Origin: Bacteriovoracia bacterium
GTDB taxonomy: Bacteria; Bdellovibrionota; Bacteriovoracia; Bacteriovoracales; Bacteriovoracaceae
Direction: 5' to 3'
Length of the DNA stretch: 64,000 bases
Assembly (NCBI GenBank): GCA_046570105.1
Contig: JBKHVI010000003.1
Span: forward strand, 32,001 to 96,000
The position numbers and the translations under genes were made by a program. The notes below the pieces were generated by a model. The model did not search any database, was not told the DNA's origin, and saw only the letters and a list, made by a program, of their open reading frames with translations. This document shows, in pieces, positions 29,661-38,771 of the stretch (position 1 is the stretch's first letter; each line of letters begins with the position of its first letter).

Positions 29661-31421
29661 TTAGAACTTCTTCAGTAATTCTTTTTTAGCTTCCAAATCA
29701 ACATTCAAATACTGAGGTTGAGAGTTATCGAACTCAGTGTACTTGTAGTTTTTCATCCAGCCGTGAGACACAGAAACTGTTGTACGGTGAAGACCATAAA
29801 TCCATGGAACATCATCGCCTACCATTTCATAAAGCTTCTCATAGAGAGCGGTACGCTCAGGGCCGTCTTGCATAATCGCTGCTTGAGCAAAAATTTTATC
29901 AAACGCCGCATTCTTGTAGTTTGAAGAGTTCGAACCTGGAGCTCCGTTTGGACCGTACATCAAACCAAGGAAGTTTTCTGCATCTGGATAGTCCGCGCCC
30001 CACGCCATACCAAACAACTGAGCTGTTTTAGTATTCGTCTTCTTCACGAGTTCAGGCCAGGTGTTGGTGCTGATTTTGATTTTGACACCAATCGCAGTCA
30101 TATACTTAGCGAAAGCTTCTGCCATCTGACGAGAAACCGTTGAACCAAGTGTTTCGTAAGTAAGTTCTGGAAGACCTTTGCCTTCTGGGTAACCAGCTTC
30201 AGCAAGAAGTTTTTTGGCGAGTTCAATATTACGACCGACGTAAGGATTTTTGTAATCCTTCTTGTGGCCAGCAATACCCGGTGGAACGACTGAGTGAGCG
30301 ACTTTACCAGTATTGTTATAGAACAACTTGTTCGACTCTTCATGATCGTAGGCCAGAGACATCGCTTGGCGAAGTTTCAAATTATTTTTGAAGAGAGGAT
30401 CTTCGTGGTTAAACGCTACATAAGTTACGTCAAGAGCAGGAACCATAGAAAGACGAATACCTTTCTTTTCCATGTCTGGAGCAAGCTTGCCGTTAACAAT
30501 CGCTTGATCGAAGTTATCTTTTGGAATGCTCATCAAATCCGCAGCACCCTTCTGGAAGTTCAACCATTGAGGTTGAGACTCGATGATAATGTTCACGATG
30601 ATCTTATCAACCAAAGGAAGCTTCTTGCCGGCATCAGCGAGTAAACCCAATGCCTCATCTCCTTCCTCGCCTTCTGTCGGATAGAATTTGTCGCGGAAAG
30701 TTGGGTTGCGAGTGTAAACGATACGGTTTGAGTTATCGAAGTAAGGAAGAATGAACGGGCCTGTTCCAACCGGATTGTTTTGGAATTCTTGGCCAAAAGT
30801 TTCCACAGCTTCTTTCGCAACGACGAAAGTGAAAGGCATCGCTAAAGCGTAAAGGAACTGAGGGAAAGGCTTCACCAATTTAAATTGAACAGTGTAGTCG
30901 TCAATTTTCTTGAGGCCTTCGATCGCATCGTCGTAGTTCACTTTATCAGCAGAAGCATATTTATCGCGCCATTCATTGAGGCCTGCGATTTTACCATCCA
31001 TCAACCACCAGCCTGTCGACTGAAGTTTTGGATCGGCTAAACGACGAAGTGAATAAACCACATCATCAGCTTTCATCTCGCGGCCTTTGCCATTCGGGAA
31101 AGCTTTACTGTCGTGGAAAACCACGCCCTTTCTTAATTTAAAAGTATAAGTAAGACCGTCTTTAGAAACTTCCGGCAAACTTTCTGCAAGATTTGGTGTG
31201 AGTTCATAAGGACGCTTGAGATAGTGGAACTCCAATAGACCTTCGTAAATTTTACTAATTTCACGAGAGGCATAGAGATCGGCTGCGAAGATAGGATCAA
31301 AGCCTTTGATTTTTGCCGTACCAACTTGGTTGAGTACTTTTTCATCAAAGTTTTGTTCGCGTGTGCAACCAATCATGGTTAGGGCGAAAGCAAGAACACT
31401 AATTAATAAACGCATGGACAT
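29661..31421 (-). CDS. oppA: Peptide ABC transporter substrate-binding lipoprotein (family 5)
   Basis: Lipobox MIGC, YTFKLRKGVVFHD, PVGTGPF, WGADYPD. Confidence 0.9.
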   Translation of the reverse strand: MSMRLLISVLAFALTMIGCTREQNFDEKVLNQVGTAKIKGFDPIFAADLYASREISKIYEGLLEFHYLKRPYELTPNLAESLPEVSKDGLTYTFKLRKGVVFHDSKAFPNGKGREMKADDVVYSLRRLADPKLQSTGWWLMDGKIAGLNEWRDKYASADKVNYDDAIEGLKKIDDYTVQFKLVKPFPQFLYALAMPFTFVVAKEAVETFGQEFQNNPVGTGPFILPYFDNSNRIVYTRNPTFRDKFYPTEGEEGDEALGLLADAGKKLPLVDKIIVNIIIESQPQWLNFQKGAADLMSIPKDNFDQAIVNGKLAPDMEKKGIRLSMVPALDVTYVAFNHEDPLFKNNLKLRQAMSLAYDHEESNKLFYNNTGKVAHSVVPPGIAGHKKDYKNPYVGRNIELAKKLLAEAGYPEGKGLPELTYETLGSTVSRQMAEAFAKYMTAIGVKIKISTNTWPELVKKTNTKTAQLFGMAWGADYPDAENFLGLMYGPNGAPGSNSSNYKNAAFDKIFAQAAIMQDGPERTALYEKLYEMVGDDVPWIYGLHRTTVSVSHGWMKNYKYTEFDNSQPQYLNVDLEAKKELLKKF

Positions 31422-31553
31422 AGTCCGCTCCTCTCAAGGTTACGAATTGATCGTATTGAAATCGCTCTATTTTATGAGCTGTTGTGCTAACTGACTATAA
31501 AAAGAACGACATCGCGACAAGAGGTGCAGTTTGGCACTCTGAGCTATTGAGGC

Positions 31554-32216
31554 TTAGCGAAAAAAGAACTCTTGGCGCATTTCAACAAACTGCTTTGACT
31601 CGCTTTCTCGAATGATCTCGAGAGTGACGCGTTTGAAATTTTGGTCTGTAAGATTTTTAAACACGACGCGCATAAGCCACTTGGGACGTAAAATAAATTC
31701 ACCTGTGAACTCTTCTTTGCGCTCATTCCATGTCCAAGAAGAGTTCAACTTATCCCACCGACAGGCCCATTGGTGCGTTGATACTGCGTCGCAGCTTCGA
31801 ATTAGGCCCCACTTTTCAGCGTTCGACCAGCGCAAGATATGGTGAAGGTGGTAAACAAAATCTTGGCCGAGTTGGGGATAATGCAACTTTCTTTCTGCCG
31901 AAGCGGCTCGAAGTGATTGCACCACTCTCCAGCGAAAATCATCCGCCGCAGGTACGACTTCAGCTTGGGGTTTATCCAGACCCGGAAAACTAAAAACCTC
32001 TTCACCATGAAGAGGAATCGTAATCGCCGTCACCCAATCATTGTTTTTAAGTTCTGCTTCAAAGGAAAAAACCCAACTCTCAGGCGGGACTTCTAAGCGC
32101 GCCTTACCCTTTCCTTGCATTGAGACTTTTTGCCACAGCTCAGAGAACTGAGCATCTTTAATGGGCTTCGTCGCGCAAGCCGCCAAAAATAGAAGTGCTA
32201 AAAAACGAAACCCCAT
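31554..32216 (-). CDS. Lipoprotein, possibly a distant LolB-like protein
   Basis: Lipobox LAAC; beta-rich sequence; lies directly downstream of a TPR gene. Confidence 0.6.
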   Translation of the reverse strand: MGFRFLALLFLAACATKPIKDAQFSELWQKVSMQGKGKARLEVPPESWVFSFEAELKNNDWVTAITIPLHGEEVFSFPGLDKPQAEVVPAADDFRWRVVQSLRAASAERKLHYPQLGQDFVYHLHHILRWSNAEKWGLIRSCDAVSTHQWACRWDKLNSSWTWNERKEEFTGEFILRPKWLMRVVFKNLTDQNFKRVTLEIIRESESKQFVEMRQEFFFR

Positions 32217-32234
32217 GATGATCAATCATGGGGT
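32201..32234 (-). terminator. Terminator-like hairpin overlapping the start of the downstream lipoprotein gene
   Basis: Minus strand ACCCCATGAT-tgatc-ATCATGGGGT followed by TTCGTTTTT. Confidence 0.5.
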
Positions 32235-32260
32235 GCTTTGGGGCCTTGGGCAAGTAGAAA

Positions 32261-34120
32261 TCAGTCTTGAGTTACTGGAAATGACGCCGGGATACGTTCG
32301 CCATCTAAAAGATCAAGCACCGTTTTAATTTCTTTTTTCTCTGAATTCATACGTGCGTGCTTGAGAGCATGTTGCAGATAGGTGCGCGCTTTAGCGTAAT
32401 TTTTCATGTCTTTATGTATCAGCGCCAAATGTTTTGCGATGACCACATCATCAGGCACTTTCTTGAAAGCGTAAGTGAGTTCAGTGAGCGCTTCTTTCAC
32501 GCGGCCAGTTTTAAAATAATACCAGCCCAACGAATCACGGATGTAACCATCGTCAGGAGAGATTGCCAAAGCCTTCTCTATATAAGGAAGGGCCTCAGCT
32601 GGAGCGTGGCCGCGCTCAAGAAGTGAGTAGCCCATAAAGTTCCAGGCGTGAGCGTTTTTAGGATCTTTATCCAAGATCGCCATGATTATCGCTGTAGAGC
32701 CTTCGTAGTCTTTAATCTTCTCTAAGAGACCTGCCAGATAGTATTGGTGCTGCAAACCGAAATTCTTTTCTTTCTCAATCGACTGCAAACTCTTAGCAGC
32801 CATAGCATCTCTTTCAGAAGCTTCAAAAAAGCCGGCTTCAAGAACACGCAGCTCTACTTTCAGATCTGGAATCTCTTTAACCTTTGTCTCAACCAATTTT
32901 AAAAAGCGTGCCGACACTTCTCCATCACGGCCCGTTTGCGCGTGCTCTAACTGGGCCAGGGCCCCGAGCATATTCGCCATCTGAAAACTCGAGTCCTGAT
33001 AAAGACCGCTGGAAGTAGGAATGCGGGCAAAATAATCAATCGCAGATTCAAATTTTTCTAACTCTTGGTGAATAGCACCTAGATAATAGAGGATTTTATC
33101 TGACTGAGGCGCTTGTTCTAAAAGCTCACGAAAAACCGAAATGGCTTTGTCGTAATCCTTAGCATCCGTATAAAGGATACCCAGCTTCACGCGCATATTA
33201 AGATCTTCAGGATCCAAATCCACTAAGCGCTCAGCATAAGGAATCACTTCAGCAAATTTTTCTTTTAAAAAGAGTGCTTGAACCAAGCGACTCAAAATCG
33301 CTGGATCGTGCGGTCTCTTAGCAAGATGTCTTTGATAAACTTCAATCGCTTTGTCCGACTTTTCCCACTGCTCATAGATAAGTCCAAGTGCCGCAGCTGC
33401 TTGAGTCGAACTTGGATCACGCTTGTGAGCTTCTTCAAATGCACCGACAGCACTTTTGAGATCTCCGCGATCAACATACATTTTGCCGAGATAATAAGAG
33501 AAAATTCCGTTTTTCTGATGATGACGCTGGCAAGTGTTCAACTGCATCTCTGCTTCTTTCCACTTGTGCTCAACCGCCAGGGATTTACCTAAAAATAAAC
33601 AGGCTTCTTCTTGCTTGGGATTTTTAACTAAAATTTGTCGATAGACCTTTCGTGCTTCAATTGGTTTTTCGAGACCGGCGTAAACTCCTGCCAAAATCAG
33701 CGCCACACCTTCGTCCTGCCCTTTGCCGTCTTGGTAAAGACGTTGCAAAACATTCTTGGCCTCTTCCATCTCTCCAATACGAATGAGCGCGACAGCATAT
33801 TTTTTATGAACAAACGGATCTTCCGTCATTGTTGCAAGGTGCTTAAACAAAACAGCACCAGTGACATAGTCACCTTCCATCAATGAAGAGTTACCTTTCA
33901 AAAACAATCCAGTTGAAAGGTATTGCACTGACGCGGGGCCTTGTTTTTTTGACTCTTCCACCAGCAACTCAAGTCGCTTGGATGCCAACTCCAAAGCCTC
34001 TTTGTTGAGACGCTCTGTTTGTTCTTCAGTGAGAATTATTTGATCGACTTTTTGATGTGCGCAGCTCGCAAATAAACAGGCCAAAACAATAAGAGGAATT
34101 GTGCGCAATGAGTGTTTCAT
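32261..34120 (-). CDS. TPR-repeat lipoprotein
   Basis: Lipobox FASC, many TPRs, C-terminal NFMGYSL...IRDSLGWYYF motif. Confidence 0.9.
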   Translation of the reverse strand: MKHSLRTIPLIVLACLFASCAHQKVDQIILTEEQTERLNKEALELASKRLELLVEESKKQGPASVQYLSTGLFLKGNSSLMEGDYVTGAVLFKHLATMTEDPFVHKKYAVALIRIGEMEEAKNVLQRLYQDGKGQDEGVALILAGVYAGLEKPIEARKVYRQILVKNPKQEEACLFLGKSLAVEHKWKEAEMQLNTCQRHHQKNGIFSYYLGKMYVDRGDLKSAVGAFEEAHKRDPSSTQAAAALGLIYEQWEKSDKAIEVYQRHLAKRPHDPAILSRLVQALFLKEKFAEVIPYAERLVDLDPEDLNMRVKLGILYTDAKDYDKAISVFRELLEQAPQSDKILYYLGAIHQELEKFESAIDYFARIPTSSGLYQDSSFQMANMLGALAQLEHAQTGRDGEVSARFLKLVETKVKEIPDLKVELRVLEAGFFEASERDAMAAKSLQSIEKEKNFGLQHQYYLAGLLEKIKDYEGSTAIIMAILDKDPKNAHAWNFMGYSLLERGHAPAEALPYIEKALAISPDDGYIRDSLGWYYFKTGRVKEALTELTYAFKKVPDDVVIAKHLALIHKDMKNYAKARTYLQHALKHARMNSEKKEIKTVLDLLDGERIPASFPVTQD

Positions 34121-34171
34121 CCGTTAGACGTCCTTGGCCTTAAGAGGTCATCCGGTGACCCCTATAAATGC

Positions 34172-34199
34172 TTGTCGGACGAAAAAGAGTGAAATTTTA
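34172..34199 (-). promoter_or_regulatory. Putative sigma28 (FliA)-type promoter of the TPR gene
   Basis: TAAA-N16-TCCGACAA on the minus strand. Confidence 0.5.
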
Positions 34200-34545
34200 A
34201 GGCTTCTTATATTTGTAGGGGCTTATTTCAAACCCAGCATAAGTCACTGTTTTTTGAGGAAATGGGTGGCATTTTTTGCCTTCACTCAAAGTTTTTTTGC
34301 TAATTAGGCCTTTTTTTTGACGGACCATGTTGACAGTATTCCGACGCGTTTAGTATCTATGCCCACGATTAACGTTTTTGACTGACCCGTTCACTGCGTC
34401 ACTTCCGTAGCTTCGATCTTGCGGAAAGATTTAGACTCAGTTGGCCGAAAGCCGGGAAAAGCCGTTAGACAAAATACAACTTATTGACAATAGTACCTCG
34501 GTCTTTATCGACAGGTAGGAAACCAAATCAGATAGGGGAAACGAC

Positions 34546-34929
34546 ATGAAAGAAGTTCGCATCATCAAGCGCTACCAGAACCGCAAGCTGTACGACACGT
34601 TTCAGTCTTGCTACGTGACCCTCGAGGAAATCGCTCAGATCATCCGTGAAGGCCATGAAATCCAAGTGATCGACAACAAGTCTAAGAACGACATCACTTA
34701 CATGACTCAGATCCAACTTTTGTTTGATCAAGAGCGTAAAGCTTTGAAGCCAGGTGACACTGAGCTCTTGAAGCGCGTTATCCGTTCTGAAGAAGGCACA
34801 TTGACTGGCTACATCAAGACCCTCGAAGGGAAACTTGGTATGGAAGTTTCTGTTGCCGTTGAAGAAGAGTTCAAGCCTTTCGCGGCTTCTATGACTTCTT
34901 CAGTTGAGAACACAGCTACTTTGAACTAA
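34546..34929 (+). CDS. phaR: PhaR-type (PHA synthesis regulator) DNA-binding domain protein
   Basis: IIKRYQNRKLYDT...YVTLEEI...V.D.KS..DIT...Q motif. Confidence 0.8.
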   Translation: MKEVRIIKRYQNRKLYDTFQSCYVTLEEIAQIIREGHEIQVIDNKSKNDITYMTQIQLLFDQERKALKPGDTELLKRVIRSEEGTLTGYIKTLEGKLGMEVSVAVEEEFKPFAASMTSSVENTATLN

Positions 34930-34939
34930 TATCCTCTTC

Positions 34940-35662
34940 ATGAGGAATCCGATTCAATTGAAAGTCGCGGCTTCGGTCGCGACTTTTCTTTTTTCAGCAT
35001 CATTATTGGCCCAAACCCAACAGAAGCCTTTTGCGCCGAAGATACAAACACCTTCGACCAAAGAGGAATTGGTAACCAAAGAGCCTGCCAAGGTTGAAGC
35101 AGAAGTGAAAGCTCCTGCCAAAGAAGCTAAAGCCGAAACTGAAAGCAGTTCTGCCCCAGCACCACGCAGACTTCAACTCCACACTTTCGGTGTGGGTCTC
35201 GGTGAAACTTTCCTCATGGGCAACTACGCAAAGCACGGCGAAGACAAGATCACGATGGATCTCTTCTACGCCTACGCCGCCAGCTATTCATTTGATGTGT
35301 TGGTGAATGCTCACTGGAGTACTCACGAAGACAAGCGTGAGCGAATGAGAGTGGCGGGACTCAATGCTGCTATCAAGAGCCGACTCTTCGAATTTGATAA
35401 TTTCTCACCCTTTGTGATGGGTGGACTTGGTTTCTACGTTCCGCGCGCTAAGCGATTTGTTGGCGGGGATCTAAAAAAATCAGAACAGAAAATTACTTTT
35501 GGACCAAACTTTGGTGGTGGCGCCGATTTGCGCCTGAATGACCAATGGACGATTGGTGCTCTTGGACAACTACACTGGCCGTTTAGTATTAAACAAGACG
35601 ATCAGTCAGATCTTAAAGGCTACTACTTTAAGCTTCTTCTTACTCTCGCCTACTCTATTTGA
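34940..35662 (+). CDS. Outer-membrane beta-barrel protein (OmpA/OmpW-like small barrel)
   Basis: Signal peptide, charged linker, alternating beta strands (SPFVMGGLGFY, FGGGADLRL), C-terminal LAYSI. Confidence 0.7.
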   Translation: MRNPIQLKVAASVATFLFSASLLAQTQQKPFAPKIQTPSTKEELVTKEPAKVEAEVKAPAKEAKAETESSSAPAPRRLQLHTFGVGLGETFLMGNYAKHGEDKITMDLFYAYAASYSFDVLVNAHWSTHEDKRERMRVAGLNAAIKSRLFEFDNFSPFVMGGLGFYVPRAKRFVGGDLKKSEQKITFGPNFGGGADLRLNDQWTIGALGQLHWPFSIKQDDQSDLKGYYFKLLLTLAYSI

Positions 35663-35669
35663 GGGACCT

Positions 35670-36491
35670 ATGGGTTCTCTTCCCAAGCGTCTCTATATTT
35701 TTACGGGTAAAGGTGGTGTTGGTAAAACATCACTCGCTCTAGCGTTTACTCGCTATCTCAAAGAGCAAGGTCATCACGCAAAATACGTCTCACTCTCACA
35801 ACAATCTCTCAATGAAGAAGAAGTAAAATCGGACCAACTTCCTAAGGGCTGGGATGATATTCCCCATCTTCATCTCGAACTAGAAGACTGTGCTCATGGC
35901 TACATCACCAAAAAGATGGGCTCACAAATGATCGCCAAATGGGTGGTCGGAACAGCTTATTTCCGAGCGCTAGTGAATATGTTGCCCGGCTTTGGATATG
36001 TCATTTCCATGGGGAAAATGCTTGAGCTTTTGCACGAAGACCCAAAACTTATTTTGGTACTTGATGCTCCCGCTTCGGGGCACGCTCTTACCATGATGGA
36101 AGCGACCAGTAATTTTCGTGAGATTTTTCAATCTGGTCTCGTGTTTGAAGACACTGAAAAGATGCTTTCGAAACTTTATGATCGTCAGCACACCGGCATT
36201 CGCATCATGACGCTCCCGACGGTGTTGGCAATGCAAGAAGCACTTGAACTTAAAGCGGCTCTCGAAAAACTCTCCAATTTTGATACGACTATTTCACTGA
36301 ATCACTCACTCCAAAAATGGCAAAAAACTATCGCTGAAGCTCCCCTCGCGCTTCAACAAAAGCTCAGCTTGGAAAATGAAGTTCAGCTGCTACATCCTCA
36401 AGATGTCAAAACGAGCTTTGCTTTTTCCGCGGCTCAAAATGTGAATGAATTCTATCAAGATCTACTCCCGCAACTACCGGAGCTCGTCTAA
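35670..36491 (+). CDS. ArsA/Get3-family ATPase, subunit 1
   Basis: TGKGGVGKT, LPG, DAPASGH; ATG 35670 with GAGG RBS. Confidence 0.85.
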   Translation: MGSLPKRLYIFTGKGGVGKTSLALAFTRYLKEQGHHAKYVSLSQQSLNEEEVKSDQLPKGWDDIPHLHLELEDCAHGYITKKMGSQMIAKWVVGTAYFRALVNMLPGFGYVISMGKMLELLHEDPKLILVLDAPASGHALTMMEATSNFREIFQSGLVFEDTEKMLSKLYDRQHTGIRIMTLPTVLAMQEALELKAALEKLSNFDTTISLNHSLQKWQKTIAEAPLALQQKLSLENEVQLLHPQDVKTSFAFSAAQNVNEFYQDLLPQLPELV

Positions 36492-37558
36492 TGAGTCTCC
36501 CATTAAAATCATTTGACCTCTTTTTTGGCACTGGTGGTGTGGGTAAAACGACTCTTGCCACGGCACGCGCGATTGATCTCGCTCGACAAGGCCATCGTGT
36601 ACTCTTGATGACGATTGATCCGGCCAAAAGACTCAAAGATATTTTAGGACTCGATGATGCGGCCGCTGGATCGGTTAAGGCCATCCATTCGCTTCCTGAA
36701 GTAGGAGATTTACCTACTCCACTGCATGCACTGCTGATGTCGCCCACACACACTATTCAACGAATGGGCGAAGCCGTCGGTGTTAAAGAATTATCGCAGA
36801 ATAGAATCGTGGCGATTTTAGCGAAACCCAATGGCGGAATGAATGAAATACTCGCGCTGATTGAATTACAAATGCGTATGAATGAAGGCAAATACGATTG
36901 CGTAGTGCTTGATACGCCTCCTGGCCCTCATTTTCTCGACTTCCTCGAGGGGCTCGACAAGATTCGTAAGTTTTTTGATCAACGTTTTGTGGAAATTTTC
37001 ACATCACTCGGTCGCAAAGCGATGGATAACACCCAAAAAACTTTAGTCAAAAATCTCTTTGATAAAGTCGTCAATGCTGGCGTGAATAAGCTTTTGTCCT
37101 ACTTGCAGAAAGTGACAGGTGAGCATTTTGTTGAGGACTTCCTTGAGGCGCTCGAAGTGATTTATCGTTCACGCTCGTCTTTCATGCAGGGTCTAGCGAT
37201 GGAATCAAAACTCTCTGATCCGGCAGCGGCGAATTGGTTTTTAGTGACTTCTGTTGAGCAAGGGAAGTTCCATGAGGCCCTTGAGATTCAACGGATGGCC
37301 AACAAACTTAGAAAACGTGAAATGTTCTTGGTTTTAAATAAGACCTTGGGCCATGAACTCGATTCTTGGCAACCGGCCCCTCAAAGTGAGGGCGAAAAAC
37401 TGAAAAATGCTTTCGTGCAAAAAGAAAAAAACCTTCTTGAAAAGACTAAGCCTCACTTCTTAGCGATCTATGCTTTTCCGGAAGTCTTTGCTTCATCACC
37501 ACTTAAACATGTCACAGCATTGGCTGCGACCTGGAGAAAACATGTCGATTCAAACTAA
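36491..37558 (+). CDS. ArsA/Get3-family ATPase, subunit 2
   Basis: GTGGVGKTT, TIDPAKRL, DTPP; TAATG coupling to subunit 1. Confidence 0.85.
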   Translation: MSLPLKSFDLFFGTGGVGKTTLATARAIDLARQGHRVLLMTIDPAKRLKDILGLDDAAAGSVKAIHSLPEVGDLPTPLHALLMSPTHTIQRMGEAVGVKELSQNRIVAILAKPNGGMNEILALIELQMRMNEGKYDCVVLDTPPGPHFLDFLEGLDKIRKFFDQRFVEIFTSLGRKAMDNTQKTLVKNLFDKVVNAGVNKLLSYLQKVTGEHFVEDFLEALEVIYRSRSSFMQGLAMESKLSDPAAANWFLVTSVEQGKFHEALEIQRMANKLRKREMFLVLNKTLGHELDSWQPAPQSEGEKLKNAFVQKEKNLLEKTKPHFLAIYAFPEVFASSPLKHVTALAATWRKHVDSN

Positions 37559-38759
37559 GCAACAACTTGAAGAGTTTGTGAGCAAAAATTGGGAGACGAT
37601 CAATCGTCAGCTCGATGAATGGCAAAATGAACTGGTTCAACCAATTTATTCAAGCGTAGATATCCGCGAGAGTTCGCACAAATACGCACCGGTTGATCAT
37701 AATCTTTATCCGGCAGGCTTTAATAATATTTGCCAAAAAGATCTCAAACGCGCCTCTCAGTTGTTCAAAGATGCACTTGATAAAATTGCGCCAGGTACAA
37801 AGCGCGTCGCCCTTCTGCCTGAGTCACATACAAAGAACAAGTGGTATCTCGATAATGTTTATCACTTACGCCATACCCTAGAAGTGGCGGGCTTTGCCGT
37901 TGATGTCGTATCTCCTGACAAATCCCTCTTTGAAGAAGGACCTCTTTTAAAACTCGAATCTCAATCTGGACATGCCATTGAACTCATTCAAATTGAGGTA
38001 AGTGGTGATCAAGTGAAACGTGTCGACGGTGGTGTCACCGGATACGGTGCTATTATTCTTAATCACGATCAATCCATTCCTTTGAATATCGATTGGAAAA
38101 ACGTTGCGATTCCTGTCATGCCATCACCATTTGCTGGCTGGACTCGCCGTCAAAAGAACAGTCACTTTAGTCACTACCAAAAAGTCGCTAATGCCTTTTG
38201 CGCCAAGTTTGATATTAACCCGGATCTCATTCAAGCGCGCTTTCGAGCGGTCGACGGGGTGGACTTTGAAACGAAAGAAGGAGTCGACAAGTTGGCTTCC
38301 GAAGTAGGAAGCCTGTTGGCCGAGTTACCAGCTGGCTCAAGTGTTTTTGCTAAGGCTTCTCAGGGAACTTACGGCATGGGGATTTCAGTCTTCACCAGTA
38401 AAGACGAAGTGCTGGCGATGAATCGCAAGACACGCAATAAAATGGACATCGGGAAAAACAACATTAAATTTACCAGCGTACTAGTGCAGGAAGGTGTTGA
38501 AACGATCATTAAAGTTGAAGATGCACCAGCTGAGATCACCATGTATCTCATCAATGGTCGCGGCATGGGTGGATTCATGCGCTACAACCCCCAGCGCGGT
38601 ACCAATGCTAATCTCAACTCACAGGGCATGCTCTATCAGAAATTCTGTATCAGTGATATTTGCCAAGACACCGACACTCATTGCAAAGAAGCGGTCTATT
38701 GTATGATCGCTCGCTTGTCTGTGTTAGCGGCTTCTAAAGAACTCAAAGAATTGCATTAA
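37542..38759 (+). CDS. gshA: Glutamate-cysteine ligase (ATP-grasp type)
   Basis: YSSVDIR, APVDHNLYPAGFNN, LPESHT, GTYGMG, QEGV, GGFMR, NLNS. Confidence 0.8.
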   Translation: MSIQTKQQLEEFVSKNWETINRQLDEWQNELVQPIYSSVDIRESSHKYAPVDHNLYPAGFNNICQKDLKRASQLFKDALDKIAPGTKRVALLPESHTKNKWYLDNVYHLRHTLEVAGFAVDVVSPDKSLFEEGPLLKLESQSGHAIELIQIEVSGDQVKRVDGGVTGYGAIILNHDQSIPLNIDWKNVAIPVMPSPFAGWTRRQKNSHFSHYQKVANAFCAKFDINPDLIQARFRAVDGVDFETKEGVDKLASEVGSLLAELPAGSSVFAKASQGTYGMGISVFTSKDEVLAMNRKTRNKMDIGKNNIKFTSVLVQEGVETIIKVEDAPAEITMYLINGRGMGGFMRYNPQRGTNANLNSQGMLYQKFCISDICQDTDTHCKEAVYCMIARLSVLAASKELKELH

Positions 38760-38771
38760 CAAGGAAATTTT

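Noticed and set aside
34436..34530. c-di-GMP-I (GEMM) riboswitch
   Set aside because: A GAAA-containing loop and AAAGCC are present, but the GCAAAC and GACGC core elements are missing
35670..37558. Arsenic resistance ATPases
   Set aside because: No arsB/arsC/arsR/arsD nearby and no evident metalloid-binding Cys motifs
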